A DNA stretch of 64,000 nt from Candidatus Omnitrophota bacterium (lineage in GTDB: Bacteria > Omnitrophota > Gorgyraeia > Duberdicusellales > 4484-171), in the NCBI GenBank assembly GCA_024231025.1, contig JAAEQW010000256.1:66954-130953 (forward strand), read 5' to 3'. A program made the translations under genes and the position numbers. This document shows, in pieces, positions 10,581 through 21,173 of the stretch (position 1 is the stretch's first letter; each line of letters opens with the position of its first letter). The notes under the pieces are model-generated. The model was not told where the DNA came from. It made no database searches and saw nothing but the letters and a program-made list of their open reading frames with translations.

Positions 10581-12023
10581 ATGGAAAAAGAAAGAAACGA
10601 CTGGATAAAGTCAAGTTATCTGCTTAGGATGTTTAATCTTTCCTTCGCGGTTTTTACAATGCTTCCGATGCTTGTGTTTCTGTATCTTTTTTCTAAATAT
10701 AATGGTAGTGATGCGATTGCGATCAGCAAGAGCCACTTATCTTCGTTGGTTAGCATTATCGCGGTGGCTTCTCTTTTGCTATTTGTGTTGCTGGGAAAAT
10801 TACTAAGAAAAATAACCATTCTTACCTATGGAATGAGAAAGGCTCTGTTCGGCAAGATAGACACTGACGTTATTTCTAAATTAGCAAAAGAAGATGGCGA
10901 AGTAGCTCAGTTGGCGCAAAGTTTTGAAGATATTATGATGCGTCTTGAAGACAACATAAAAGATCTTCAGGAAACCAAAAAAACACTTCACGACGTTCTT
11001 TCAAAAGTAGGCAAAGCGTTAACCTCAATGGAGAACTTTGATCTTTTGATTAATCTTATTTTAGAAACCGCAATTGATGCTCTGGGCTCTGTAAAGGGAG
11101 CTATTTTTTCTTTAGAAGGTGGCAAAGATTTTAAGCTAAAAGCTGCTGTAGGGTTGGATAGTATCTCTCAAAGAGAAATGCTTGAGAACGTAAAACCCTT
11201 AATGGACGAAACCATTCGTGGTCAGGAGAGCATAATTGATTCTGAGGCCGGGTCTTGCGGTCAGCAGTTGTTTCCACGGCCGCTGGTGTCTACGCCATTA
11301 GTTTGCCATCAAAAAACACAAGGGGTGATTATTCTAAGCGGTAAAAAGAAGGAAGGCAACTTCACCGAAGATGAGCTAACCATGTTAGCTAATCTAAGTT
11401 ATCAAGTTGCAATATCTTTTGAGAATGCCGCACTTAGCAAAGATGTTGAAAAAACGTATTTTGAAACAATGGCCGCATTAGCCTTAGCGGTTGAGGCAAA
11501 AGACTCTTATTCGCGAGGGCACTCTGAAAGAGTTGGCGATTATGCCGTAAAGATAGCACAAGAGCTCACAATGAAGGAAAAAGAAATTACAACTTTAAAA
11601 GATGCTTCTCGGCTCCATGATATTGGAAAAATTGGCATTGCTGATAAGATTCTCAATAAGAATGATGCGCTGTCTTCTGAGGAAAAAGATATCATGAGAA
11701 AACATTCTCTAATAGGAGAAAGCATTGTTTATCCGCTTAAGACATTTTCTCATTTGTTAGAGCCAATACGCCATCATCACGAATTTCTAGATGGTACTGG
11801 TTACCCTGACGGGGTATCCGGTGATAAGTTGCCTTTGGTGACTAGGGTTTTAACTGTTGCAGATATCTTTGATGCACTGTCAAGCGATCGCGTATATCGA
11901 AAGGCTTTGGGTATAAATAAAATTGTAGACGAACTTAAAGAAATGGTAGCTCAGGGCAAGCTTGACGGTAAAGTAGTGGACGCGCTTGCTAAAGTAGTGG
12001 GCGATAAGAAAATAAAATTGTAG
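10581..12023 (+). CDS. Membrane-anchored GAF / HD-GYP c-di-GMP phosphodiesterase
   Basis: N-terminal TM segments, a HAMP-like linker, HDIGKIG (HD) and HHHEFLDGTGYPDG (GYP). Confidence 0.85.
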   Translation: MEKERNDWIKSSYLLRMFNLSFAVFTMLPMLVFLYLFSKYNGSDAIAISKSHLSSLVSIIAVASLLLFVLLGKLLRKITILTYGMRKALFGKIDTDVISKLAKEDGEVAQLAQSFEDIMMRLEDNIKDLQETKKTLHDVLSKVGKALTSMENFDLLINLILETAIDALGSVKGAIFSLEGGKDFKLKAAVGLDSISQREMLENVKPLMDETIRGQESIIDSEAGSCGQQLFPRPLVSTPLVCHQKTQGVIILSGKKKEGNFTEDELTMLANLSYQVAISFENAALSKDVEKTYFETMAALALAVEAKDSYSRGHSERVGDYAVKIAQELTMKEKEITTLKDASRLHDIGKIGIADKILNKNDALSSEEKDIMRKHSLIGESIVYPLKTFSHLLEPIRHHHEFLDGTGYPDGVSGDKLPLVTRVLTVADIFDALSSDRVYRKALGINKIVDELKEMVAQGKLDGKVVDALAKVVGDKKIKL

Positions 12024-12059
12024 TTTTTAAAGGAATGTTCTAAAAAGCAGAGGTAAAAT

Positions 12060-12533
12060 ATGAAGCATACAATACAAGCATTAGTAGAAAATAAGTTTGG
12101 TGTTTTAGCAAGGATTGCGTCTTTATTTAGTGCCCGTGGTTATAATATTGAATCATTAGCCGTTGGTCAAACGCATGATGAGCTAGTTTCGTGCATGACA
12201 ATTGTTGTTGATGCTTCTGACGAAAGGGTTTTGGACCAAATAAAAAAACAGCTCAACAAGCTCATTGATGTTATTACCGTTACCGATTTTACCCGTCGTG
12301 AATATATTGATCGCGATCTGATGTTGATCAAAGTGTTTAAAAGAGGTAATGGCAAAAAATCAGTGGATAAAATTGTTAAAAAATTTCCGGCAAGGATTGC
12401 CGAGGAGAAAAAAACTTATTATCTTTTAGAAATTTGCGCTCAGCGCCATCAAGAAGATGAAATTTTAAAAGAATTAAAAAAAGCAGGAATAAAAGAATTA
12501 GTTCGCACAGGAAGAATAGCAATCGCTAAATAA
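12060..12533 (+). CDS. ilvN: Acetolactate synthase small (regulatory) subunit
   Basis: ACT domain [25 protein letters not shown]; sits between ilvB and ilvC. Confidence 0.85.
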   Translation: MKHTIQALVENKFGVLARIASLFSARGYNIESLAVGQTHDELVSCMTIVVDASDERVLDQIKKQLNKLIDVITVTDFTRREYIDRDLMLIKVFKRGNGKKSVDKIVKKFPARIAEEKKTYYLLEICAQRHQEDEILKELKKAGIKELVRTGRIAIAK

Positions 12534-12547
12534 AAGAGGAGGACGCG

Positions 12548-13537
12548 ATGACAAAAGTTTATTATTGTAAAGATGTTACAACCGACGTTTTAAAAGGTAA
12601 GACTGTTGCGATTGTTGGGTATGGCGCTCAAGGAAGGGCGCATGCACTTAATCTGCGAGATTCCAAAGTCAAAGTTGTAATCGCGGAGCTTGAAAAATCA
12701 GTTAATTATAAGCAAGCCGTAAAAGACGGCTTTAAGCCAATGAGTGCTTTTGCTGCGGCTAAGGCGGCTGATGTAATTCATATCTTAACCGAGGATCTAG
12801 TTCAGGCGAAAGTTTATAAAAATGAAATCGAACCTAATTTAAAAAAAGGAAAGGCAATTGGCTTTTCTCATGGATTTAATATTCATTTTCATCAAATAGT
12901 TCCGCCACCGTTTGTTGATGTTTATATGGTTGCCCCAAAAGGGCCAGGAACTTTGGTTCGCGATATGTATGAACAGAAAAAAGGCGTTCCTTGTCTTATT
13001 GCGGTTTATCAGGATGCAAGCAACAAGGCAAAAAAATTAGCCCTAAGTTATGCTAAAGCAATCGGCGGAACAAAAGCCGGCGTTTTAGAAACAACTTTTA
13101 AGGAAGAGACTGAAACCGATCTTTTTGGTGAACAAGTTGTTTTGTGCGGAGGTGTAAGCAAATTGGTTCAGCGTGGTTTTGAAACTTTAGTTGAAGCCGG
13201 ATACCAACCAGAAATTGCTTATTTTGAGTGTTTGCATGAATTAAAATTGATTACCGATTTAATTTACGCAAAAGGTATTTCCGGTATGCGTTATGTTGTT
13301 TCTGATACCGCTGAATATGGCGATTTTTCGCGTGGTAAGCGGATTGTTAATGACGACACTAAAAAAGAAATGAAGAAAATTCTTGGTGAAATTCAGTCAG
13401 GTGAATTTGCCCGGGAATGGATTTTAGAAAATCAAGCCGGCATGCCGGTTCTTAAAGCTGCTCGAAAAGAAGAGGGCGAACATATTATTGAAAAAGTTGG
13501 AGCAAAACTAAGAAAAATGATGTCTTGGATCAAGTAG
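12548..13537 (+). CDS. ilvC: Ketol-acid reductoisomerase
   Basis: [16 protein letters not shown] Rossmann motif. Confidence 0.9.
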   Translation: MTKVYYCKDVTTDVLKGKTVAIVGYGAQGRAHALNLRDSKVKVVIAELEKSVNYKQAVKDGFKPMSAFAAAKAADVIHILTEDLVQAKVYKNEIEPNLKKGKAIGFSHGFNIHFHQIVPPPFVDVYMVAPKGPGTLVRDMYEQKKGVPCLIAVYQDASNKAKKLALSYAKAIGGTKAGVLETTFKEETETDLFGEQVVLCGGVSKLVQRGFETLVEAGYQPEIAYFECLHELKLITDLIYAKGISGMRYVVSDTAEYGDFSRGKRIVNDDTKKEMKKILGEIQSGEFAREWILENQAGMPVLKAARKEEGEHIIEKVGAKLRKMMSWIK

Positions 13538-13542
13538 CCACG

Positions 13543-13610
13543 TGATGCGCAACAGGCGCAAACGTGACAAGTTCACGTGATGCGCAACAGGCGCAAACGT
13601 GACAAGGAGT
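13543..13610. repeat. Tandem 34-bp direct repeat (2 units), each internally palindromic, in the ilvC-leuA spacer
   Basis: CACGTGATGCGCAACAGGCGCAAACGTGACAAG(T) occurs twice; ACGTGA/TCACGT inverted repeats span the junction. Confidence 0.8.
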
Positions 13611-13619
13611 TTTTAGAAA

Positions 13620-15128
13620 GTGAAAAAAGAAAAATTAATTGTTTTTGATACTACTTTGCGTGATGGCGAACAAGCTCCCGGGGCTTCGATGACATCTGAG
13701 CAAAAACTCGAAGTGGCTTTTCAGCTTGATAAGCTTGGAGTGGATTTTATTGAAGCAGGATTCCCTATTGCTAGCCCTGACGACTTTAAAGCAGTGAGCA
13801 TGGTTTCCTCCAGTATGAAGCGTTCAGGGGTGTGCGGTTTGGCAAGATGCCTAAAACCAGACATTGAAGCTGCGAGCAAAGCTTTAAAAAAAGCAAAGCA
13901 TCCGCGTATTCACATATTTCTTGCGACTTCTAAAATTCACCTTGAGCATAAATTCAGAAAAGTCGAAGACGAAATAGTTGCGCTCGCTAAGAAGGCAACC
14001 ACACTTACGAGAAATCTTTGTGATGATGTTGAATTCTCTCCTGAGGATGCAACCCGAACTAATCGGGATTTTTTGTTTAGAGTTATTGAAACTGCAATTG
14101 CTCATGGAGCGCGAACAATAAATATCCCAGATACTGTGGGTTATACTTATCCGGGCGAGATGCATTCTTTGATCGAAGACATTTTCAACAATGTCCCCAA
14201 TATTAACAAGGCAGTTATCGCGGTGCATTGCCATGATGACTTAGGAATGGCGGTTGCTAATTCGCTTTCGGCGGTATTGGCTGGAGCACGTCAGGTGCAT
14301 TGCACAATTAATGGTATTGGGGAACGTGCCGGAAATGCTTCTCTTGAAGAAACAATTATGGCAGTTAAAACGCGCAAAGATGTTTTTGGCCATCTTGTTA
14401 CGTCAATTAATACGAAAGAAATTTATCGGGCGTCACGATTGGTTAGTAACCTAACTGGTTTTGTTGTGCCACCGAACAAAGCAATTGTGGGAAGAAATGC
14501 TTTTCGTCATGAATCAGGTATTCATCAAGACGCAGTAATTAAAAAAAGAACTACTTATGAGATTATGAATCCTAAAGATGTTGGGATTGGTGCAAGTGAA
14601 CTTGTTTTAGGAAAGCATTCCGGGCGCCATGCTTTAATAAAAAGGCTTAAAGAACTTGGAGTAAAACTTGATGGTGATCGAGTTGCAGTAATTTTTACAA
14701 AATTTAAAGAACTTGCCGACAAGAAAAAGGAAGTTTTCGATGATGATTTACTTGCCTTGGTTGATCAGGAAACAAAACCCAAGAAAGAGGCGTATGCTCT
14801 TTTAACTTTGCGAGTCAATACCGGAACTGATATTGTTCCCCAAGCAATGGTTAAGCTTAAGGTTAAGCGTAAAACAATTGAAGCAACATCTTCCGGAGAC
14901 GGTCCGGTGGACGCTTGTTATAAAGCAATTGATAAGATTACAAAAATAAAAGTCAAACTTATCAATTACGAGTTAGAATCAATCACCAAAGGTAAAGACG
15001 CCCAGGGAATGGTTAAGGTAGAGTTAGAAGTGCGAAAGAAAGTTTTTTCAGGCAAAGGGGCAAGCACAGATATCCTCGAAGCTTCAGTAAGAGCTTATCT
15101 AGATGCCCTTAACAAAATAACAGCTTAA
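13620..15128 (+). CDS. leuA: 2-isopropylmalate synthase
   Basis: GTG start after an AGGAG RBS. FDTTLRDGEQAPG and the HxH metal site VHCHDDLGMAVANS. Confidence 0.85.
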   Translation: MKKEKLIVFDTTLRDGEQAPGASMTSEQKLEVAFQLDKLGVDFIEAGFPIASPDDFKAVSMVSSSMKRSGVCGLARCLKPDIEAASKALKKAKHPRIHIFLATSKIHLEHKFRKVEDEIVALAKKATTLTRNLCDDVEFSPEDATRTNRDFLFRVIETAIAHGARTINIPDTVGYTYPGEMHSLIEDIFNNVPNINKAVIAVHCHDDLGMAVANSLSAVLAGARQVHCTINGIGERAGNASLEETIMAVKTRKDVFGHLVTSINTKEIYRASRLVSNLTGFVVPPNKAIVGRNAFRHESGIHQDAVIKKRTTYEIMNPKDVGIGASELVLGKHSGRHALIKRLKELGVKLDGDRVAVIFTKFKELADKKKEVFDDDLLALVDQETKPKKEAYALLTLRVNTGTDIVPQAMVKLKVKRKTIEATSSGDGPVDACYKAIDKITKIKVKLINYELESITKGKDAQGMVKVELEVRKKVFSGKGASTDILEASVRAYLDALNKITA

Positions 15129-16048
15129 TGAAAATTTATGGCTTGATCGGATACCCCGTTAGACACAGCCTTTCGCCGGCAATGCATAATGCGGCCTTTG
15201 CTGCAGCCAAAATTGATGCGCAATACCGTTTATTTGCAATAAGACCAATTGAATTAAAGAAATTTCTTCTCGAAGGCGGCACTTCAATAGTTGATGCGAA
15301 TGATCAAATTGTTAACGCGAATGATATTTTGGGTTTTAATGTTACTATTCCGCATAAAATAGCTACTAAGGAAATTTTAGATAAAGCATATCCGGATTAT
15401 TACAAAGCTCGTTCGATAAGAAATAGTTGGTTTGTGCAAATTTGTGGTGCAGTTAACACAGTCATAAAGAGAGACACTGCAAAATATGGTCCGGTATTAG
15501 AGTATCACAATACTGATGGTTTGGGTTTTTGTCAGTCGTTGAAAGAGGATTTACAATTTAACCCTAAAGGGAAGAAGGTTCTCCTTCTTGGTTGTGGTGG
15601 AGCGGGGCGGTCTGTTGTTGGTGGCTTAACCTGGTCCGATGAAAGTGTGGATAAAATTTACATTTACGAAGAGGACGAGATGACCATGCGTATAATCGAT
15701 GATCATTTTAAAGCTATCGAAGATAAGTTTGAGGTTATTTCCAAAAAACTAATACCGGAGGTTATCGGAGATTGTTCCCTTTTGGTTAACGCAACGCCTC
15801 TTGGCATGAGAGATGGAGACCCTTCACCAATTGATAAAGAGTTACTTTTCAGTAATCTAGCGGTTTATGATGTAGTTTATAACCGTCAAACCCAACTTGT
15901 GATTGATGCTAATAACAAAGGGTGTCGAGCCGTAACGGGGCTAGGCATGCTTTTGCACCAAGGGGTTAAAGCTTGGGAGCTTTGGACGGGCATTGAGGCG
16001 CCGATTGATGTGATGCGTCAATCCTTGAAAATAGCAATGGAGGAGTAA
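15128..16048 (+). CDS. aroE: Shikimate 5-dehydrogenase
   Basis: N-terminal YGLIGYPVRHSLSPAMHNAAF. Start overlaps the leuA stop (TAATG). Confidence 0.8.
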   Translation: MKIYGLIGYPVRHSLSPAMHNAAFAAAKIDAQYRLFAIRPIELKKFLLEGGTSIVDANDQIVNANDILGFNVTIPHKIATKEILDKAYPDYYKARSIRNSWFVQICGAVNTVIKRDTAKYGPVLEYHNTDGLGFCQSLKEDLQFNPKGKKVLLLGCGGAGRSVVGGLTWSDESVDKIYIYEEDEMTMRIIDDHFKAIEDKFEVISKKLIPEVIGDCSLLVNATPLGMRDGDPSPIDKELLFSNLAVYDVVYNRQTQLVIDANNKGCRAVTGLGMLLHQGVKAWELWTGIEAPIDVMRQSLKIAMEE

Positions 16049-16866
16049 TGGAATTATTCATGATTTTTATTATTGGGTTGTGTTTTGGGAGTTTCTTGAA
16101 TGTATGCATTTATCGTTTGCCAAAAGAGCAGTCGATTGTAAAGCCTGGTTCGTTTTGTCCGAAGTGTAATACGCCAATAAAGTGGTATGACAACATTCCT
16201 TTGCTTGGCTATATAGCCTTAAGGGGGCAATGCCGCAGCTGTAAAGACAAAATATCGTTTCGTTATCCTTTTGTTGAACTTTTGACTGGACTTTTATTTT
16301 TGATTCTTTTTATGAAATTCAATTTAACCGCTGATTTCTATAAGTATGCTTTTTTCTTTTCTTTATTAATTGCTGTGTCGGTTATAGATATAGACTATCA
16401 TGCGATACCGGTATATTTTTGTTTTATTGGAATTGTTATCGGGTTGATGTTTAGCGTTTGGGAGACTGCTAAATTCTTGCGATTTGGCGTAACTGATTAT
16501 GCAATTTTGCCCATCGTTGAATCCTTTAAGGGAGTTGTTTTTGGTTTTGGCTTTGCGTATCTTTTTAAGTTTTTTGGAGATATACTTGTAAGTTTTTATC
16601 TTCAATTTCGCAAGCAGGAATCAATTGAAGGAGAAACTGAATCTTTAGGATTAGGTGATGTGGATTTTTTAGGGATGGTTGGTGTTTTTTTAGGGCTTAA
16701 GGGAGCGGTGCTGGTATTTTTTATCGCGCCTTTTATTGCTGTGATTTATGCCGTGTTTGCGATTACTTTTAAGAAGTCGCATCTTATTCCATATCTACCG
16801 TATTTGTCCTTAGCCACACTAGTTACATTTTTTTGGGGCAATGACATATTGAAACTAATATTTTAG
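16048..16866 (+). CDS. pilD: Type IV prepilin leader peptidase (A24 family) with an N-terminal Zn-finger
   Basis: CPKC...CRSC tetracysteine, multiple TM helices and a conserved Asp-containing core. Confidence 0.8.
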   Translation: MELFMIFIIGLCFGSFLNVCIYRLPKEQSIVKPGSFCPKCNTPIKWYDNIPLLGYIALRGQCRSCKDKISFRYPFVELLTGLLFLILFMKFNLTADFYKYAFFFSLLIAVSVIDIDYHAIPVYFCFIGIVIGLMFSVWETAKFLRFGVTDYAILPIVESFKGVVFGFGFAYLFKFFGDILVSFYLQFRKQESIEGETESLGLGDVDFLGMVGVFLGLKGAVLVFFIAPFIAVIYAVFAITFKKSHLIPYLPYLSLATLVTFFWGNDILKLIF

Positions 16867-16878
16867 TTAGGAGGCACA

Positions 16879-17994
16879 ATGCGTATATTAACTGCTGGTG
16901 AGTCACATGGCGAGTACGTATCGACAATAATAGAAGGTTTTCCTAAAGGCGTTCGCCTTGAGGGTGGCCTTATTGACCAGGAGTTAAAAAAGAGAATGTC
17001 TGGTGCTGGAAGGGGCCAGCGGATGAGCATTGAGTCAGACAAAGTTAGCATTGTTTCGGGGCTTCGCAATAAGATAACTTTAGGTAGTCCGATAACAATG
17101 TTGGTTAAAAATAAAGATGCACATATTTTTTCTCAAAAAAGCGATAAGCTTACTTGCCTTTCGGTGCCTCGTCCAGCGCATGCTGATCTGGCCGGAGCGC
17201 TTAAATATGGCGAAAAAGATATTCGAAATATTTTAGAACGTGCATCAGCCCGAGAGACTGTCGCTCGGGTGTGTGCCGGTGCGGCTTGTAGGCAGTTTCT
17301 TTCTAGCTTTGGTGTGAAAATCGCAGGTTTTACCATGAGTGTTGGCAGCATTGAATCAAGTAAAAAACCAAAAAGCATAAATGAGATCATAATAAAAACT
17401 AAGAAATCAAAGGTAAACTCTATTGATAAAGAAAAATTGATGCTTGGTGAAATTGCAAATGCTGACAAAAATAAAGACAGCTTAGGTGGAATAATTGAAA
17501 TTTGGATAGATGGCCTGTGCCCTGGATTAGGCAGCGTTATGCATTTTGATCAGCGCTTAGATGGGCAATTAGCCCAAAGCCTTATGAGTATTCCGGCGAT
17601 AAAAGGTGTCGAAGTTGGGTTAGGTTTTGAGTACGGTAAAAGAACAGGATCAACTTCCCATGACGAAATCTACTATAACGGTAAGTTTAGTCATAAAACT
17701 AATAATTCTGGTGGCATCGAAGGCGGTATCTCAAATGGTGAACCGATCGTTTTGCGAATTGCGATGAAGCCGATTGCTACAATTCGCAAACCCTTGCTTT
17801 CAGTAAACCTTTCTTCAAAGAAAAAAGCAAAAGCTGCCGTGATACGTTCCGACGTTTGCGCTTTAACTGCGTGTGCGGTTATTGCTGAAGGGATGTCGGC
17901 GACGGTAATTATGCAAGCTTTTTTAAACAAGTTTGGAGAAGATAGCCTTAAGGAAATCAAGACTAACTACAAAAATTATATCAAAACCCTTTGA
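16879..17994 (+). CDS. aroC: Chorismate synthase
   Basis: MRILTAGESHGEYVSTIIEGFPKG N-terminus. Confidence 0.9.
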   Translation: MRILTAGESHGEYVSTIIEGFPKGVRLEGGLIDQELKKRMSGAGRGQRMSIESDKVSIVSGLRNKITLGSPITMLVKNKDAHIFSQKSDKLTCLSVPRPAHADLAGALKYGEKDIRNILERASARETVARVCAGAACRQFLSSFGVKIAGFTMSVGSIESSKKPKSINEIIIKTKKSKVNSIDKEKLMLGEIANADKNKDSLGGIIEIWIDGLCPGLGSVMHFDQRLDGQLAQSLMSIPAIKGVEVGLGFEYGKRTGSTSHDEIYYNGKFSHKTNNSGGIEGGISNGEPIVLRIAMKPIATIRKPLLSVNLSSKKKAKAAVIRSDVCALTACAVIAEGMSATVIMQAFLNKFGEDSLKEIKTNYKNYIKTL

Positions 17995-18008
17995 GGCTTA
18001 AGTGACTC

Positions 18009-19247
18009 ATGAGCTTCGCACGCACGAAAAACTACCTCAACACTTTTGTTAATTATGAAAAAAATATTAACTTTTCTTACCAGAATGACCTCAACCTTAA
18101 TCGCGTAAAGAAGCTATTAAAAAATCTCAAGATACCATATCAAAAATTAAATGTAATCCATATTGCCGGAACAAAGGGCAAGGGTTCAACTGCTCATTTT
18201 TGCGCTAGCATCCTTAAAAAATCGGGATATAAAGTTGGCCTCTATACTTCTCCGCATTTTTTTGATGTTCGTGAAAGAATCAAAGTTTCCGATAAAGATA
18301 TTTCGCGTAAAGATTTTAGTCAAATCATAAATTGGATTAGGCGCAAGCGTTGCGATGATTGTTCATTTTTTGAGATTATAACAATCGCAGCTTTCAAATA
18401 TTTTATTGATAAAAAAGTTGATTTTGTTGTTTTAGAAACTGGCATGGGGGGCCGCCTTGACGCGACAAATGTTTCGTCGGCGGGAATTTCTATTATTACT
18501 CGTATCGGCTATGACCATACCGATAAATTAGGTACAACGCTTTTTAGCATTGCTAAAGAAAAGGCAGGAATCATCAAAAGAAAGGTGCCGGTTATAAGCG
18601 CCAAGCAACCTGCGTCTGCTGCGTTGGCGATAAAGAACCAATGCAATAAATTGAGTTCAAGGCTTTATTCGTTTGGCAGGGAAATTAAGGTAATTGACGG
18701 TAAAGATTTTTATTTTCAAAATAAATGTATAAAAAATTTAAAAACAAAATTGTTAGGCGATCATCAAATTGAAAATGCATCTCTTGCGATTGCGGCTCTT
18801 GTAAATTTAGAGCAAAGAGGAATTATTAAAAAACCGCTGATGGTTAAACCTGGGGTTAAGAGTGCCTTTTTGCCCGGACGTTTTGAGGTAGTAAAAAGAA
18901 AACCTTTAACTATTTTGGATATCGCCCATAATTCAACGGCGTTTGCTGTTTTACAAAACACTTTGGAGAAGCATTTTGCGAATAAAAAAATCATTTTGAT
19001 ATTTGCGGCCTCGTCTGATAAAAATATAAAAGGAATGCTTAAAAAAATACATTATTCCAAGCTTATATTGACGCAATTTGAGAATTCTCGCTGTTTTAAT
19101 CCGTCAAAAATAAAAGCTGATTTTATAAGTGATAATGTAGCCGTAGCATATTGCCAGGCGCGTAAGCTCTACACCAAAGATTCACTAATTCTAATTGCGG
19201 GTTCAATTTTTTTAGTGGCACAAGCCAAAAAAATGCTGAAACTTTGA
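18009..19247 (+). CDS. folC: Folylpolyglutamate synthase / dihydrofolate synthase (Mur ligase family)
   Basis: P-loop HIAGTKGKGST and Mur-ligase middle and C-terminal regions. Confidence 0.75.
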   Translation: MSFARTKNYLNTFVNYEKNINFSYQNDLNLNRVKKLLKNLKIPYQKLNVIHIAGTKGKGSTAHFCASILKKSGYKVGLYTSPHFFDVRERIKVSDKDISRKDFSQIINWIRRKRCDDCSFFEIITIAAFKYFIDKKVDFVVLETGMGGRLDATNVSSAGISIITRIGYDHTDKLGTTLFSIAKEKAGIIKRKVPVISAKQPASAALAIKNQCNKLSSRLYSFGREIKVIDGKDFYFQNKCIKNLKTKLLGDHQIENASLAIAALVNLEQRGIIKKPLMVKPGVKSAFLPGRFEVVKRKPLTILDIAHNSTAFAVLQNTLEKHFANKKIILIFAASSDKNIKGMLKKIHYSKLILTQFENSRCFNPSKIKADFISDNVAVAYCQARKLYTKDSLILIAGSIFLVAQAKKMLKL

Positions 19248-19289
19248 AAAGCTGGACTTTTTATTGATTTCTAATAAAATACCTTTTCT

Positions 19290-20660
19290 ATGAGGAGTTT
19301 TAAATTAAAAGATTACATTTTACGCGACACCATCGCTGCCGTCTCTACGTTTCCTTCTAAGTCTGCTTTAGGGGTAATTAAAATTTCCGGCAAACGCGCC
19401 TTAACCATTGCTAATAAAATATTTACGCCTAAGCACAAAAAAGATTTAAAAAAGGTTAAAAATTTCACAATTCATTATGGTTGGATAAAAGACATTGATG
19501 AAGTTTTAGTTAGCGTTATGCGTGGCCCGCATTCTTATACTACTGAAAATGTAATTGAGATATCTTCTCATGGCGGCGCAGTTGTTTTAAATAAAATTTT
19601 ACAAACCGTGTTAGATTGTGGTGCTCGTCTTGCTCTTGTCGGAGAGTTTACTTATCGGGCTCTTGTTTACGGCAGAATCGATCTTTTTCAAGCTCAAAGC
19701 ATTTGCAATATTGTTGAAGCGAGAAGCTCAGAGGGCTTAAAGCTTGCTCAGGCTCAATTACGCGGAGAGAGTTCGCAAACGATAAGCAAATTAAAAGAAG
19801 AAGTAAAAGATTTGTTTACTCAATTCGAAGCGTATATTAATTTTCCTGAGGATCAAATAAGCTTTTCTAAAAGCTTAATCAGAAAAAGATTAAAAAAAGC
19901 ATTTAATAAGATAGATCATATTTTAGATGGAAGTAAAGAGGCGAAGGTGTTGACTGAGGGGCTGCGTTGTGTGATTTGCGGCAGAGCCAACGTTGGTAAA
20001 TCTACTCTTTTTAATCGCTTGCTTAAGCAAGAGCGCGTGATTGTTAGCCATATTTCAGGAACAACTCGCGATGTAGTTGAAGAAACAATAAGTATAAAAG
20101 GGGTGCCCTTAAAAATTTACGATACTGCTGGTATTTTTGAGGGGAAAGATCTGATTACTAAGCGGGCGATTGAACATTCTCATCGGGCTTTTGATGAGGC
20201 AGACTTAATTATTCTGCTTTTAGATGGGTCAAAGCCATTAAGCAAAGACGATAACCTTTTGCTTAAGAAGATAGATGGGCGCAATGTGATAATTTGTATA
20301 AATAAAAGTGATTTAAAACAGAAAATAAACCTTAAAGCGATTAAAGGAAGAAAAGTTCGCCTAAGTGCTTTAAGGAATAAAGGAATCAAAGATTTAGAAG
20401 AAGCAGTTCATAAAGCAGTTTATAAAGACGGAATAAGTAGGCAAGACATGATTTTTTTGAGTCAACATCAGAGCAAAATGCTAAAAGAGGCAAAAAGTCA
20501 TATTTCTCAAGCCTGTGATTTTTTTGATCAAGGATACACGGTTGATTTTACCGCAACAGCATTAAAAAATTGCCTAGATTCCCTAGGTGCCCTAAGTGGC
20601 GATGTCTTATCGCAAGACATATTAAAAAGTATTTTCAGTAATTTCTGCATCGGCAAATAA
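19290..20660 (+). CDS. mnmE: tRNA modification GTPase MnmE
   Basis: G-domain GRANVGKSTLFN, DTAG, NKSD and the C-terminal CIGK motif. Confidence 0.85.
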   Translation: MRSFKLKDYILRDTIAAVSTFPSKSALGVIKISGKRALTIANKIFTPKHKKDLKKVKNFTIHYGWIKDIDEVLVSVMRGPHSYTTENVIEISSHGGAVVLNKILQTVLDCGARLALVGEFTYRALVYGRIDLFQAQSICNIVEARSSEGLKLAQAQLRGESSQTISKLKEEVKDLFTQFEAYINFPEDQISFSKSLIRKRLKKAFNKIDHILDGSKEAKVLTEGLRCVICGRANVGKSTLFNRLLKQERVIVSHISGTTRDVVEETISIKGVPLKIYDTAGIFEGKDLITKRAIEHSHRAFDEADLIILLLDGSKPLSKDDNLLLKKIDGRNVIICINKSDLKQKINLKAIKGRKVRLSALRNKGIKDLEEAVHKAVYKDGISRQDMIFLSQHQSKMLKEAKSHISQACDFFDQGYTVDFTATALKNCLDSLGALSGDVLSQDILKSIFSNFCIGK

Positions 20661-20748
20661 AAACCCGTGTACACCGCGTAGGTGTACACGGGTTAAGGCT
20701 TTAAACAAAGGGAATAAAATGTACACCGCGTAGGTGTACACGGGTTTT
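20661..20748. repeat. REP2 doublet: two palindromic units (CCCGTGTACACCGCGTAGGTGTACACGGG) separated by a 25-bp spacer
   Basis: Perfect 14-bp arms. Starts one base after the mnmE stop, so it may act as its terminator. Confidence 0.85.
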
Positions 20749-20807
20749 AGAGAGGAAATAGGTAAAAATTTAGTGTATAATAAAAGAATAAACAGGGCTA
20801 ATTACAG

Positions 20808-21155
20808 ATGAAAAATACTATTCTAATAATTTTTGTTGTTATGTGCGTGGGTTGCCAGGGAGTTATGAGTGATTTTAGGCAAGATTTTTCTTCTGCATTT
20901 TTTTCTCCACAAGATCCTAAAGCTATCGTAAGCGTTAAAGAAGCGAAAAAGATTGCCCTAGCTGCTTTTTGCAAAGATCCGGATAGGCATTTGTTTCGTT
21001 CATGGTGGCCAAATGTTAGTCAAACTGATGATTTTTGGATTGTAACGTATATACCCAAAGGAATTAATATTTTTGACACTAGATCGTTTAACGTTTATGT
21101 TGATAAGGTAACCGGTGTGGTTGATTCCAGTGGTCCTCGGCGACTTAAATATTAG
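20808..21155 (+). CDS. Small putative lipoprotein (115 aa)
   Basis: Signal plus lipobox MKNTILIIFVVMCVGC; lies inside the REP2-bounded unit. Confidence 0.45.
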   Translation: MKNTILIIFVVMCVGCQGVMSDFRQDFSSAFFSPQDPKAIVSVKEAKKIALAAFCKDPDRHLFRSWWPNVSQTDDFWIVTYIPKGINIFDTRSFNVYVDKVTGVVDSSGPRRLKY

Positions 21156-21173
21156 CTGGATGCGCTGAGAGCT

